In this document: in pieces, positions 40,981-64,000 of the stretch
How the letters are laid out: each line of letters starts with the position of its first letter
How positions within the stretch are numbered: the stretch's first letter is position 1
NCBI RefSeq assembly: GCF_009914755.1
Contig: NC_060934.1
Direction: 5' to 3' (one strand)
Origin: the human T2T-CHM13v2.0 reference genome, Homo sapiens
DNA length: 64,000 nucleotides
Notes under the pieces: model-generated
What the model was told of the DNA's origin: nothing
The model's database searches: none
The model's input: only the letters and a program-made list of their open reading frames with translations
Program-made: the position numbers and the translations under genes

Positions 40981-41706
40981 CTAAGGAAAATTTAAAAGAA
41001 GAGTAAATTAATATATCCTGCCAACTTTGTTTTGGGGTTCTTACAAAAACCTGGAACAAAAAAAGGGAGAGTGGGGACATGGTATACTCCTATACTCAGG
41101 AACAAGAAAAATCTTAACACTATTATCAGATAACAAGGAACCTATTAATATAGGTTATATTAATAGCCCACTCCCATGACCTGCCCAGAGAACCTAAGTG
41201 CATTTGGAATACTGCCACCAAGAGTTATATTTGTATAAGAGTTTAGTTTTTAAAGCATCTTTTAATTTCATTAATTTATTCAACAATTCAACAAGGTAAG
41301 CATGGAAAGTATCATGATTCCCATCTGACAGAGGAAAAAAACTGAGGTTAAACTGTAAGTTTAAAGTCATCTGGATACTAAAGTGACAGACCCACCTGGG
41401 AGCCCAAGGGCTCTGACTCTTGGCTAATACTCCTTCCCACACATGGCAACTTAATACGACAACTAGACAGCAGTGCTAGAGGAACAAAAACAGCTCTCTA
41501 ACAAAAACCACACTCCAGTTAAACTAGTTGAAACCAAATACTGTTTTCCTGGTAACAATGAATATTTGCTGAATAAGAGGGAGAAACAAATAGGAGCAGA
41601 AAAAATTGCACAAGCGGACAGCTTAAGTTTCTAACCAAGACAGGATGAACAGAACTTGAAAATTTTAAGCACTCAAAAAGTGCTTGTAAAATTTTTAACT
41701 TCTCAC

Positions 41707-41822
41707 TTTTTTTTTTTTTTTTTCAGAGCAGGAGTGGAAGTTTATTTAAAAAGGCTTAGAACAGGAAAGAAAGGAAAGTATGCTTGGAAGAGACCCAAGC
41801 AGGCACATAAAGGTCAAGTGCC
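41707..41822 (-). mobile_element. Polyadenylated ERV1 LTR fragment (LTR9/MER61-like U3-R end plus A17)
   Basis: Minus strand ...ctcttccaagcatactttcctttctttcctgttctaagcctttttaAATAAActtccactcctgctctg-A17; family assigned from memory. Confidence 0.6.
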
Positions 41823-41839
41823 TAACTTCTTTTTTCATT

Positions 41840-45324
<3,485 letters not shown>

Positions 45325-45630
45325 TTAAATCTGAATTGGTGGTATTAATATGAACTTACAATTGCTTTAAAAAAATGTTTTAATCTATTTCTTTGCCCTC
45401 AAGCAGCCTAGAAGCAATGACACACCAGAAACAATGAATATACCTAGTATCACTCAGAAGCCAAGGTTCCCTGGAGAAATAATTACTCCGATCTAGGCCA
45501 GCGCAAGTACAAAGTGAGCTGGGAACATTTTATACCAGAAAGGAAACACTCAAAGACAATACAGTCCTGTCAAAAAGATGTAGAAGCCGGTTAACAAGGG
45601 CTATCACCGGCCAAATCTGGGATAATTTAA

Positions 45631-47884
<2,254 letters not shown>

Positions 47885-47890
<6 letters not shown>

Positions 47891-50535
47891 AAGAAAATAA
47901 GGAAGGAAGGGAAAGGGGAAGGGGAAAAGGAAGGGGAAGGGGAAGAGAAAGGGGAAGGGAAGGGAAGAGAAGGGGAAAGCCAAGGGGAAGGGAAGGGGAA
48001 GGGAAAGGGAAAGGAAGGGAAGGGGAAAGGGAAGGGGAAGGGGAATGGAAGGGGAATGGAAGGGGAAGGGAAGGGGAAGGGAAGGGGGAGGGAAGGGGAA
48101 GGGAATGGGAAGGGAATGGGAAGGGAAGGGAAAAAGGAAGGGAAGGGGAAAAGGAAGGGAAGGGGAAGGGAAGGGGAAAGGGAAAGGAAGGGGGAGGGAA
48201 AGGAAAGGGGAAAGGAAGGGGAATGGAAGGGAAGGGGAAGGGAAGGGGAAGGGAAGGGAAAGGAAGGGGAAGGGAAGGGGAAGGGGAGGAGACGGGGAAG
48301 GGGAAGGGAAAAGGAAGGAGAAGAGGAGGGGAAGGGGAGGGGAAGGGAAGGGGAAAGGAAGGAAGGGGGAGGGGAAGGGAAGGGGAAGGGAAGGGGAAGG
48401 GAAGGGGAAGGGAAGGGGAAGGGGAAGGGAAGGGAAAAGGGAAGGAGAAAAGGAAGGGAAGGGGAAGGGAAGGGGAAGATGAAGGGAAAGGGAAAAGGAA
48501 GGAGAAGAGGAGGGGAAGGGGAGGGGAAGGGAAGGGGAAGGGGAAAGAAAGGGAGAGGGAGGGGGCAGGGAAGGGAAGGGGAATGGAAGAGGAAGGAAGG
48601 GGAAGGAAGGGGAATGGAAAGGAAGGGGAAGGGGAAGGGAAGGGAAAGGGAAGGGGGAGGGGAAGGGGGAGGGGAAGGGGGGAGGGGAAGGGGGAGGGGA
48701 AGGGGGAGGGGAAGGGGGAGGGGGAGGGGAAGGGGGAGGGGAAGGGGGAGGGGGAGGGGGAGGGGAAGGGGAAAGGAAGGGGAAGGGGGAGGGAAAGGAA
48801 AGGGGAATGGAAGGGAAGGGAAAGGAAGGGGAAGGGAAGGGGAAGGGGGAGGAGAAGGGGAAGGGGAAGGGAAAAGGAAGGAGAAGAGGAAGGGAAGGGG
48901 AGGGGAAGGCAAGGGGAAAGGAAGGAAGGGGGAGGGGAAGGGAAGGGGAGGGGAAGGGGAAGGGAAGGGGAGGGGAAGGGGAAGGGAAGGGGAAGGGAAG
49001 GGGAAAGGGAAAGGGGAAGGGAAAAGGAAGGAGAAGAGGAGGGGAAGGGGAGGGGAAGGGGAGGGGAAGGGGAGGGGAAGGGGAAAGGAAGGGAGGGAAG
49101 GGAAGGTGGAAGGAAGGGGAAGGGGAATGGAAAGGAAGGGGAAGGGGAAGGGAAGGGAAAGGGAAGGGGGAGGGGAAGGGGAAAGGGAAAGGAAGGGGAA
49201 GGGAAAGGAAGGGGGAGGGAAAGGAAAGGGGAAGGGAAGGGAAGGGGAAGGGAAGAGAAAGGAAGGGGAAGGGAAGGAGAAGGGAGGGGAAGGGGAAGGG
49301 AAAAGGAGAAGAAGAGGGGAAGGGGAGGGGAAGGGAAGGGGAAAGGAAGGAAGGGGGAGGGGGAAAGGAAGGAAGGGGGAGGGGAAGGGGAGGGGAAGGG
49401 GAGGGGAAGGGGAGGGGAAGGGAAAGGGAAGGGGAAGATGAAGGGGAAGGGAAAAGGAAGGAGAAGAGGAGGGGAAGGGGAGGGGAAAGGAAGGGGAAGG
49501 GGAGGGGAAGGGGAGGGGAAGGGGAGGGGAAGGGGAGGGGAAGGGAAGGGGAAGGGGAGGGGAAAGGAAGGAAGGGGAAGGGAAGGGGAAGGGAAGGGGA
49601 AGATGAAGGGGAAGGGAAAAGGAAGAAGAGGAGGGGAAAGGGAGGGGAAGGGAAGGGGAAGGGGAAAGGAAGGGAGGGGGAGGAGAAGGGAAGGGGAAGG
49701 GAAGGGGAAGGAAAGGGAAGGGGAAGGGAAGGAGAAGGGAAGGGGAAGGGAAGGGGAAAAGGGGAAGGGAAGGGGAAGGGAAGGGAAGGGAAGGGGAAGG
49801 GAAAGGGAAGGGAAAGGGAAGGGAAAGGGAAGGGAAGGGGAAGGGAAGGGAAAGGGAAGGGAAAGGGAAGGGAAAGGGAAGGGAAAGGGAAGGGAAAGGG
49901 AAGGGAAAGGGAAGGGAAGGGGAAGGGAAGGGGAAAAGGAAGGGAAGGGGAAGGGAAGGGAAGGAAAGGGGAAAGGGAAGGGGGAAAAGGAAGGGAAGGG
50001 GAAGGGAAGGGGAAGGGAAGGGGAAAAGGAAGGGAAGGGAAGGGGAAGGGAAGGGAAGGGAATGGGAAAAGGAAGGGGAAGGGAAAAGGAAGGGGAAGGG
50101 AAGGGGAAGGGAAAGGGAAGAAAGGAAGGGGAAGGGAAAGGGAAGGGAAGGGAAAGGGAAGGGAAAGGGAAAGGGAAGGGGAAGGGGAAGGGAAAGGGAA
50201 GGGGAAGGGGAAGGGAAGGGGAAGGGAAAAGTAAGGGAAAGGAGAGGGGAGGGAAAGGGAGGGGAAGGGAAGGGGAAGGGGAAGGAAAAGGAAGGGGAAG
50301 GGAAGGGGAGGGGGAAGTGAAGGGGTAGCAAAGGGAAAGAAAGGAAAGGGAAAAGGGAAGAGAGGGAGGGAGGGAGGGAGGAAGGAAGGACGGATGGACG
50401 GACAGGACGAAAAAAAGAGAGGGGACGGGAAGAGAGGGGGAGGGGAGGGAAGAGAAGAAAAAGGGAAGGGAGGAAGGAAGGGAGGGAGGGAGGGAGGGAG
50501 GGAGGGAGGGAGAGAGGGAAAGAAAAGGAAAGAAA
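47885..50535 (+). repeat. ~2.65 kb polypurine (AAGGG/AAGGGG/GAGGG) low-complexity tract extending from an Alu tail, intron 6
   Basis: Read directly; almost no C or T on the plus strand; begins immediately after the Alu 3' end ...gagaccctgtc. Confidence 0.98.
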
Positions 50536-50879
50536 CAACAAAAACCACCATCCCCAAAGATGCTATGAGCTGAAAAAATATCCAGAAAGGGCACCAGGCT
50601 TAGACAAATAGGCTTACATGAAAGTCTGAGTTCTTAAGTATTTTACAATTCATAGAGAAACAACAAGAAATTTATAGAGAAACAAGAATTTTACAATTCA
50701 TAGAGAAACAACAGAAGGACTGCTCAAGTATTAGAAATTGGCCTTAACTGTATATACATTGTAAATCTCTAGGAAAAGATGTGGTGTTGGGAAGAGTTAA
50801 ACCAGACTGAAAGAGATGGACTGATAACAGTAGAGGACAGAACTAGTAATAGTTAAGAAGAATTTTAGGAAAAATGATA

Positions 50880-53960
<3,081 letters not shown>

Positions 53961-53979
53961 TACTGCAAGAAAAAAAGAA

Positions 53980-54840
<861 letters not shown>

Positions 54841-55048
54841 CCAGAGGACCCAGCCCTACTCAGCCTCCTATTCCTACTCCTTTCCACCATAGTGGTTGTT
54901 ACCCCCTGGGTTTTGCCACTGTCCATTCTGGTTTGCAATCCCATTCAGGACCTTTTTCTCGTTTAGTTATCTTTATAGCCCCACTTAGGATCCCACCTTG
55001 CTCCATTTTCTTTGTCCTGTTACCAGCCAAATGCTATCCCTTACCTAC

Positions 55049-55135
55049 CTTAAAAAGTTTCTGGGAGTGTTTAATCATAAAAGCCATCCCACTGTTTAAC
55101 TTTGTGATATTCTCCTGAAGGTCATTTGCAGTGAC
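55049..55135 (-). CDS. ARHGAP19: ARHGAP19 exon 6 (87 bp): VTANDLQENITKLNSGMAFMIKHSQKLFK
   Basis: Hand translation, 29 codons; acceptor aatAG, donor GTAGGT. Confidence 0.93.
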
Positions 55136-55542
55136 CTATTCAGAGGAAAAGAAACCAAACAATGGACATTAAGAGCTAGAAAGTAGTACTTACCAATAAG
55201 CCTGTTCTTTCAAATGTATGAAGTTTCTATCCCTAGCCTAGGTGCCTCTAATACAATGTTTAATTCTGGGAAGACTTTTTGGTTCATCAGGATATGACAT
55301 AATCTAGAAAAACAATGTGTCCCTGAAGTGACGAGGAAATCCTTGAAAACCATTTTCATTTCCTAATTCTGCTTGAAAATTAGACATGTAAACAAAATTG
55401 GCAAGGAAAATCTAGTCTAGGATTCAAAATGGGCAGAAAAAAACAGAATCTGTTCCAGCTATCAAGGACACCACTGCCTCTTTAGAAAACTAGAGTTTCT
55501 CCAAAGACAAAAAAGAATGGTCACTACTGATACCAAAGGTGA

Positions 55543-55647
<105 letters not shown>

Positions 55648-55664
55648 TGAGATTATCCTGGCTA

Positions 55665-55964
<300 letters not shown>

Positions 55965-56654
55965 TCATTTTCAACATGTATCTTTGTTACTTTATCTGTT
56001 TGCTTTTAAATACTTTTTTTTTTTTTTTTTTTTTAGAGATAGGGTCTCGCTTTGTTACCCAGATTGGAGTACAGTGGTGCAATCATAACTCACTGCAGCT
56101 GCAAACTCCTTGGCTCAAGCGATCCTCCCACCTCAGCCTCCCAAGTAGCTAGGAGTATAGGCATGTGCCACCACGTCCAGCTTATTTTTCTTTTCCTTTT
56201 GTAGAGACAAGGTCTCAAGGTCTCAAGGTCTCACTGTGTTGCCCAGGCTGGTCTCAACCTCCTGTCCTCAAGCAGTCCTCCTACCTCAGCCTCCCAAAGT
56301 GCTGTGATTACAGGCGTAAGTCACTACTTCTTTTTATAACCACAGTTTGCTCACTGCTTTTCTATAGTCTTGGTTAGCTGGTTCTAAAATTCCTTCATTA
56401 TAAGGCTTGATCTCCTTAATATGGACAAATGTTGATGTGTCTTCTGCTCCCCCTACTCACCCCCAGAGGCTCTTCCTGACCCAGAACTTTATTATTTTTT
56501 CACTAGTTATTTTTTAAGTAAAATGTTTCACACAATCTCTCTCCTTTACCTTCCTTTTCTCATTACTTATAATCTCAAAAATTTTTTATAAATTACTATA
56601 ACCTATTTCTATTATCTTCCCAACAGCCTTGTGGGGTATGTAGTAAAGCTATTA

Positions 56655-56868
56655 CAGTAAGTCCTCACTTAAGGCATCAATAGGTTCTTGGAAACTATGA
56701 CGTTAAGTGAACCGACATACAGCAGGTCCTCGAATAACATCATTTTCTTCAACATCTTTTCATTATAACATTGATGAGAAAAATAATTTGTTTTGTTATA
56801 GATTATTTTGATTAAAGTTTCAGTTTCCAAGAACCTATCAACGATGTTAATAGGTTGAGGACTTACTG
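56655..56868. mobile_element. MER6B-like Tigger MITE with long terminal inverted repeats
   Basis: TA/CAGTAAGTCCTCA...TAGGTTCTTGGAAACT ... AGTTTCCAAGAACCTA...TGAGGACTTACTG/TA. Confidence 0.85.
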
Positions 56869-58131
56869 TATTATGCCCAGTTTACAGAGGAAAAGCCTAT
56901 GCATAGAAAAGGCAAAAGACTAAACAAACAAAAAATGGCTTGTAGACAGCTGTTTAAAACATGAAAGGTAAAAGGCCAGGCGCGGTGGCTCACACCTGTA
57001 ATCCCAGCACTTCGAGAGGCAGCAGCGGGTGGATCACCTGAGGTCAGCAGTTCGAGACCCGCCTGACCAACATGGCAAAACCCCATCTCTACTAAAAATA
57101 CAAAAATACAAATATTAGCCAGGAATAGTGGCTCACGCCTGTAGTCCCAGCTGCTCAGGAGGCTGAAGCAGGAGAATTGCTTGAACCTGGGAGGCAGAGA
57201 TTGCACTGAGCTGAGATTGCACCACTGCTCTCCAGCCTAGGCAACAGAGGAAGACTCTGTCTCAAAAAAAAAAGGTAAAAGACATAGGTAACATCGCTGG
57301 TGTGTGGCTTCCAACCCACCTATCCTGGCTCACAACTCCATCACATAGTAAAACCATATTATAAGTGGGCAGGAATATGAGCTATGTACCTCCAGGTCAA
57401 CAAGTTGTTTAAAAGACTTTAGATGAGGCTACAGTGAGTAGTGATTGTGTTACTCTCCTCCAGCGTGGGCAACAAAACGAGACCCTGTCTCAAAAAAACA
57501 GAAAAAAAGACTTCAGAGAATTTATTTCTCTGTGTTTTTATCCCTCAGGCATTTAAAAAAAAAAAGAGAGTGAGTTTATTTCTCTTGTAAGTCACTGAGA
57601 AGACCATGGTCTCCATAAGAAGAAGCAAGTTCAGCTTTATCCAAGGAGACTACATATCTACAGGAAATACAAAAGTCAGGACAAGGCAGGATTGCTCCAA
57701 GTGTCATCTCATCTATAAATCCATAAGCTTGGTGACATTATCCCATAAGATCACACAGCTCTATTCTAATTTTATAACATTTGATCTTCAGAAACTAATT
57801 TGATTTCCCAAGAAGCCTTTCCTGTTAAGGATTCCACAATGAACAGCCAAAATGAGTATTCTAGTTTATTCAGTAGTTATAATTTCCCACTAAGAGTTTC
57901 TACTAATACAATGCCATGTAGGTTTACCAGAGATTGATTTATAAGTGAGGTTAGCAGGAATTGGCCCTCTCAGGTCTGATGACTCTTCAATGAACTAATA
58001 AAGTAAGTTCCCAACCTCATAAAGCTGAAGGCTAGACCTTGGACCCTTGATAATCTCACCAATGTACAGCCATAGAATGAGGCCCAGCCCAAGAAAACCA
58101 AGCAATCTTTACTCTTCCCGTCAACACTCAC

Positions 58132-58358
58132 ATTTTTTGGCCACAGGACGTGGGGTGCAAACATAAGGGCAAGGTTATAGGCTGACATCTTGTTCTTGTC
58201 TTGTTTCTTTGCTGTCTGGTATAGGAGATCAAGCAATAACTTCAGCAAATTACGATTAGGAGGAGGGAGAATGAGGAAGAGCAACTGGAGAGCCTCAATT
58301 TGCCGGTCCTTGTCTGGTATATTGGTCTTGTTTCCTTTATCATCAAACTGCATCAAAT
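58132..58358 (-). CDS. ARHGAP19: ARHGAP19 exon 5 (227 bp): (D)LMQFDDKGNK...NKMSAYNLALMFAPHVLWPKN
   Basis: Inside ORF 57970..58383; RhoGAP motif NKMSAYNLALMFAP; acceptor cctcaAG, donor GTGAGT; phase 1 to 0. Confidence 0.97.
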
Positions 58359-58521
58359 CTTGAGGACAAAAGAGAATTTGCAAAGTGGGGAGAAAATATC
58401 AGCAAGAAAAATCAGTGCTATCACCATTATCCTCCCCTCAACTCCCATCAAAGAAAGAGGGAAAAAAGATTCAGGCAGAAACACAATTCAAAGACTACAG
58501 CAAAACATAATAACAAAATAA

Positions 58522-58780
<259 letters not shown>

Positions 58781-61258
58781 TAGTCAGGATGGTCTCGATC
58801 TCCTGACCTTGTGATCCGCCTGCCTCAGCCTCCCAAAGTGCTGGGATTACAGGCGTGAGCCACAACACCCGGCCAAAACTTTTTTTAATGTGTACAGGAT
58901 TTGAATAGACATTCCTTCAGAAGGTATACAAGTGGCCAAGAAGGCTTTGTATGCTCAGTATCATTAGCCATCAAGAAACTATAAATCAGGCCGGGCACAG
59001 TGGCTCACACCTGTAATCCCAGCACTTTGAGAGGCCGAGGCGGGCGGATCACAAGGTCAGGAGATCGAGACCATCCCAGCTAACACAGTGAAACCTGTCT
59101 CTACTAAAAATACAAAAAAATTTGCCCAGCATGGTGGTGGGCGCCTGTAGTCCCAGCTACTCAGGAGGCAGAGGCAGGAGTATGGCGTGAACCTGGGAGG
59201 CGGAGCTTGCAGTGAGCCGAGATCATGCCCCTGCACTCCAGCCTGGGCGACAGAGCAAGACTCCATCTCAAAAAAAAGAAAAAACAAAACAAAACAAAAA
59301 ACTATAAATCAAAACCACAATGACATACCACTTCATATCCACTACAATGGCTATAACTACAAACAGATTGACAATAAAAAATGTTGGCAAAGATGCAGAG
59401 AAAATTAAACCCTCCTATATTGCTGGTGGGCATATAAAATGATATAACCACTTAGAAAACATTTTGGCAGTTCCTCAAAAAATGAGAGTTATCATTTGAC
59501 CAAGAAATTCCATTCCTCGGTATATACCCAAGAGAAATAAACACATATCCAAGTCAGGCACAGTGGCACATGCCTGTAACCCCAGCACTTTGGGAGGGCA
59601 AGGTGGGCAGATCACTTGAGCCCAGGAGTTCGAGACCAGCCTGGGCAACATGGTGAAACCCCATCTCTATATTTAAAAAAAAAAAAAAAAAAAAAAGATC
59701 CACACATGCCTTTGATAATGCTACTCACTCCACTTTTCCCCACTCAGATATTTTACAGCTAAAAGAAAAATGAGAATGAAAAATGAGAATGAATGTCCTT
59801 ATTCACAAGCTGCTCCTTATAACAGGCAGCTCCCAATAGGGTCAGAATTATTGGTTCTTCCCTAACAGACTAAAAAGGTTATCAATGAAAACAGTCCCCT
59901 GGATAATGAGAATTTCAAAGGACACTAATAACCATTTGAGTACAACTCACATAGATGTAAAAATGATTACAGTGTGTTATTTAAGCTGTTTAACCTCAAT
60001 AATTCCAGGTTTAGGAAGGGCAGGTAACATTTCTAGAAAATGTTCCCTGTTAATATGAAACTGAAAACAAAAATTTTTCCAGTTATCAGCAAGGCATATG
60101 AAAGGCTACAACTGTGCCACGCCTCAGTATGTTCTCAAAGAACAGTCAATCACAGGGTAGTGGAAGGGAGGATTTCAAATATTGCACTAAACGAATGAAC
60201 TGAACTGGAAAGCAAACAAAACAAGCATCCTTCATGTTAACACTTGTAAAAAGAATATTTTCCAAATCTTTTTCAAAGGTCTAACATCTTTATTTCTCCC
60301 CAAAATAACTGTAAAATTGTATAACATTCTAGTAGTATTTACTCATTGCATCATTTGGATTGCTACTAAAAGAGCTAAAAAAAAAAACTAATCGTATTAG
60401 ATTTTTAAAATTCAACACTTGTTTCTTTAAGTAGTAAAAATTATTCAAAAGGAAAAAATCTTCTATTTCTTTTCCATATAATTAGAAGAAACAGGAAAAA
60501 TACTCAGGGGCAGGAAACTAAGCAACTGCAGTAATGGATATTGATGCTGTGAACACTTAGAGCCCATAGCAGCATAACAGACGTGCAATTTAAGAATGAA
60601 TTCCCTACCACATGGGTATAAAGCAGTATGAAGAAACTATTTATGAGCTGAAAATGGAACACTCTCCAAGATACAGTAAGTGAAAAAAGCAAACCACAGA
60701 ACCATGTGTGTAACCTATTACATAAAAATCAGAGAAAAGGAATATATGTATTTGTTTGGAAGTACACAAAATATCTCTGGAAGGATACTTTAGAAATCAG
60801 TAACACTGGTCTGGGGGCTGCGGCTCATGCCTGCAATCCTAGCACTTTGGGAGACTGAGGAGGGAGGATCACTTGAAGCCAGGAGTTTGAGACCAGCCTG
60901 GGGAACAGGCTTTCTTTTAAAAAAAAAAAAAAAATTTTTTTTTTTTAAATCAGTAACACTAACCAGTGTTACTGGTGTTGGGGACTGGGTGAACTGGGTG
61001 TTGGGGAACAAGTGTAGGAGAGAAGGTTTTTACTGTATATTATTTGAATCATCTGAATTTTGAACTATGTGTTTCTATTCAGAAAACAAATAATAATTTT
61101 TAAAAAAAATAAATTTCCTTGGCTGGGCACAGTGGCTCACATCTGTAATCCCAGCACTTTGGGAGGCCAAGGTAGGCCGATCACAAGATCAGAAGTTCGA
61201 GACCAGCCTGGCCAACATGGTGAAATCCCGTCTCTACTAAAAATACAAAAATTAGCTA

Positions 61259-61561
<303 letters not shown>

Positions 61562-61691
61562 CTAAAACACGTTGGGCACAGTGGCTCATGCCGATAATCC
61601 CAGCACTTCAGGAGGCCAAGGTGGGCAGATGGCTTTGGCCCAGGAGTTTGAGTCTGGGCAACACGGCGAAACCCCATGTCTACAAAAATTA

Positions 61692-61868
<177 letters not shown>

Positions 61869-62155
61869 CTACTCGAGGATCTATCAGAGATTCAAAAATA
61901 AATAAAACTCAGACGACATCTTACTACCAGCTCCTTATCTCAATACAAAGCTTATTTATCAAGAAAGCCATTCAATTAAAATTAAACTTAACTAGCCAAT
62001 ACCTATGAGTACCCAGAGAAGTCCAGCAACATCACGAAATCTTAACCAATATTAATAGAAGTATTTCTGTGGGTCACAAGCAACAGAAATTTCCTAGGAA
62101 CTTTACTAAATTGAAAGAAATGTATTTACATCTCCTTCTTACTTCCTATACTCAC

Positions 62156-62365
62156 CAGCGATTTTGAGGTGTGCATTGAAGTGTTTATGTGTCAGCAGAG
62201 GCTCCGGCAACTCTCCTAGAAACATCTTCAGCAAAGTGGCAACATCATTTGAGTGAAATTCCCCTGATTCCAAGTCAATGTCAGTTCCATTATTGAGAGC
62301 ATCCCTTAAAATCTGCTGTCGGACACTATTACCCGGTACTCTAAACAAACCCTCTACTCGCAAGT
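62156..62365 (-). CDS. ARHGAP19: ARHGAP19 exon 4 (210 bp): (N)LRVEGLFRVPGNSVRQQ...HFNAHLKIA(D), includes the arginine finger EGLFR
   Basis: Overlaps ORF 62139..62363; RhoGAP motifs EGLFRVPG and DVATLLKMFLGELPEPLLT; acceptor aaacAG, donor GTGAGT. Confidence 0.97.
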
Positions 62366-62986
62366 CTGTTTAGCATAAAACAAAGCAGAGGACAGGCAAA
62401 AAGGAAGCAGAAAGATTATTATTAAAATAAATGGTCTAAAGACTACTTTACACTTAAAAGACCCTTCACAAAGCCTTTCAAGTAAGTTTTTGCCTTTTTT
62501 CACCAGGGTAGTTTAGAACCTATTTACCTCCTGAGGAGACATATCTGAATGTCCCTGAGCATTTGGAGATCTTCCAAACTAAAAGGTAGTCCTCCTGGGA
62601 GTCATTCAACCTCCTGAGGTATGGATAGACAATCTGAATTTAACCCAATCAATGGTCAGGAATAGCTTGAAAAATAAACTTTAAAAAAGCCAAATCTCCC
62701 TAAAGACCTCTTCTTGTTTATCCCAGACTTCGTTTGGAGGGGCTACATACATCTGTGGATGTTTGTGGCTCTTGTAAACTGTTTTCCCAGCCCAGAATGA
62801 ATCCAGAGTCTCTGCATTGCTCCAGGAATTAGAACTCTAATGTGTCAAATTCCTAAGAGATTCCCAGAAGCTTTAGGGTCATCCCAACTAAACTATTCGT
62901 CCCTAGGCCAGGCTCAATGGCTCACGCCTATAATCTCAGCACTTTGGGAGGCCTAGGCGGGTGAATCACTTGAGCACAGTAGTTCA

Positions 62987-63220
<234 letters not shown>

Positions 63221-63560
63221 TCATAGAATTCTGGAGAAAAAAGGTACCATGCTCTCTTAAATAAATGCAACAATTCTTTAGGGACAATGTATTTTTCCAG
63301 AAGTGTCTCTCTGAGGCAAGAGGTAAATGTGACTTCATAGACACGGTCTAATTTATATACACTTTGAGAGTATAAAACAAATGAATATATGAGATGAAGT
63401 TTAAAAGGAAATATATTTAAAAACATGCCACCCAAAATTAACACTGGTTAGTTCCTTTGTTGATGGTTAATTGGCACCTACTAACTCAAGGCAGTTAGCT
63501 CTCAACAGAAAACAGAATTCTTCATTAAACAAAGAATGATAAAATTTCAGGTAGTCTTAC

Positions 63561-63641
63561 TTTTGTGTAGATACTCAATCAGTTGGTATATCTGGGCAAT
63601 GCCTTCCTCCGTCAGTGGGGACCCAAATATCACTCCTTTTT
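63561..63641 (-). CDS. ARHGAP19: ARHGAP19 coding exon 3 (81 bp, phase 1-1): (E)KGVIFGSPLTEEGIAQIYQLIEYLHK(N), start of RhoGAP domain
   Basis: Hand translation; acceptor tttttcAG, donor GTAAGA; 'VIFGSPL' is a typical RhoGAP N-terminal motif; joins in frame to the next exon. Confidence 0.95.
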
Positions 63642-64000
63642 CTGAAAAACCATATGATATGACAGGGCTATATTTCACACAAATAGTACAAAATCATCAT
63701 ACCTAAAACCACTCAAGCATCCTATTTTACAATTCAGCAAGCATTTTCACATGGTCAGTAAACAAAAACCTTAGAACTGGAAGTGCACCAGAAAACGCGA
63801 GCAGGACAACTCTCAATCAGCTCTCTCTAAGTTCAATATTAGACTGTAGGTTCCCTGAAGGGAAAGACCATCTTCTTATTCAAGTAAGAAGCATATATCT
63901 AGTAAGTAAGGAGATATCTAGCGTGTTAGTATTTAATTTAACAAACAAACAGAAGGCCAGGCATGGTGGCTCACACCTGTAATCCCAGCGCTTTGGGAGG

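Noticed and set aside
56208-56232. (CAAGGTCT)3 and other 8-25 bp duplications (5403, 18345, 24274, 27012, 59765)
   Set aside because: Ordinary slippage duplications with no indication of function.
57970-58131. Extension of the exon 5 ORF (VSVDGKSK...)
   Set aside because: Intronic run-on past a strong GTGAGT donor; the protein continues in exon 6.

Overview
Alu-rich primate genomic DNA, very probably human. The minus strand carries the 3' part of ARHGAP19 (Rho GTPase-activating protein 19). Ten GT-AG coding exons (63641 down to the stop at 22954) splice in one continuous frame and give the RhoGAP domain and C-terminus, followed by a ~3.95 kb 3' UTR ending near 19005. Exon numbers (3-12) and residue numbers come from my recollection of the 494-aa protein; they fit the exon lengths seen here. 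Bases 1-19000 are repeat-rich intergenic DNA which, from known synteny, leads towards the SLIT1 promoter (outside the window); it contains a strong CTCF motif. Nearly all other ORFs in the track are Alu, L1 or low-complexity artefacts. I see no convincing new multi-gene system. The most notable observations are: (1) a ~2.65 kb AAGGG-rich polypurine tract grown from an intronic Alu tail, arranged like the RFC1/CANVAS repeat, with higher-order structure and a 990-codon ATG-initiated ORF on the sense strand; (2) a clear multi-step templated insertion inside an Alu, plus other micro-inversion scars; (3) an apparent L1-retrocopied, polyadenylated ERV-LTR transcript end in intron 7; (4) an ERVL integrase relic carrying a CTCF-like site. 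Repeat boundaries and subfamily names were assigned by eye and are approximate.
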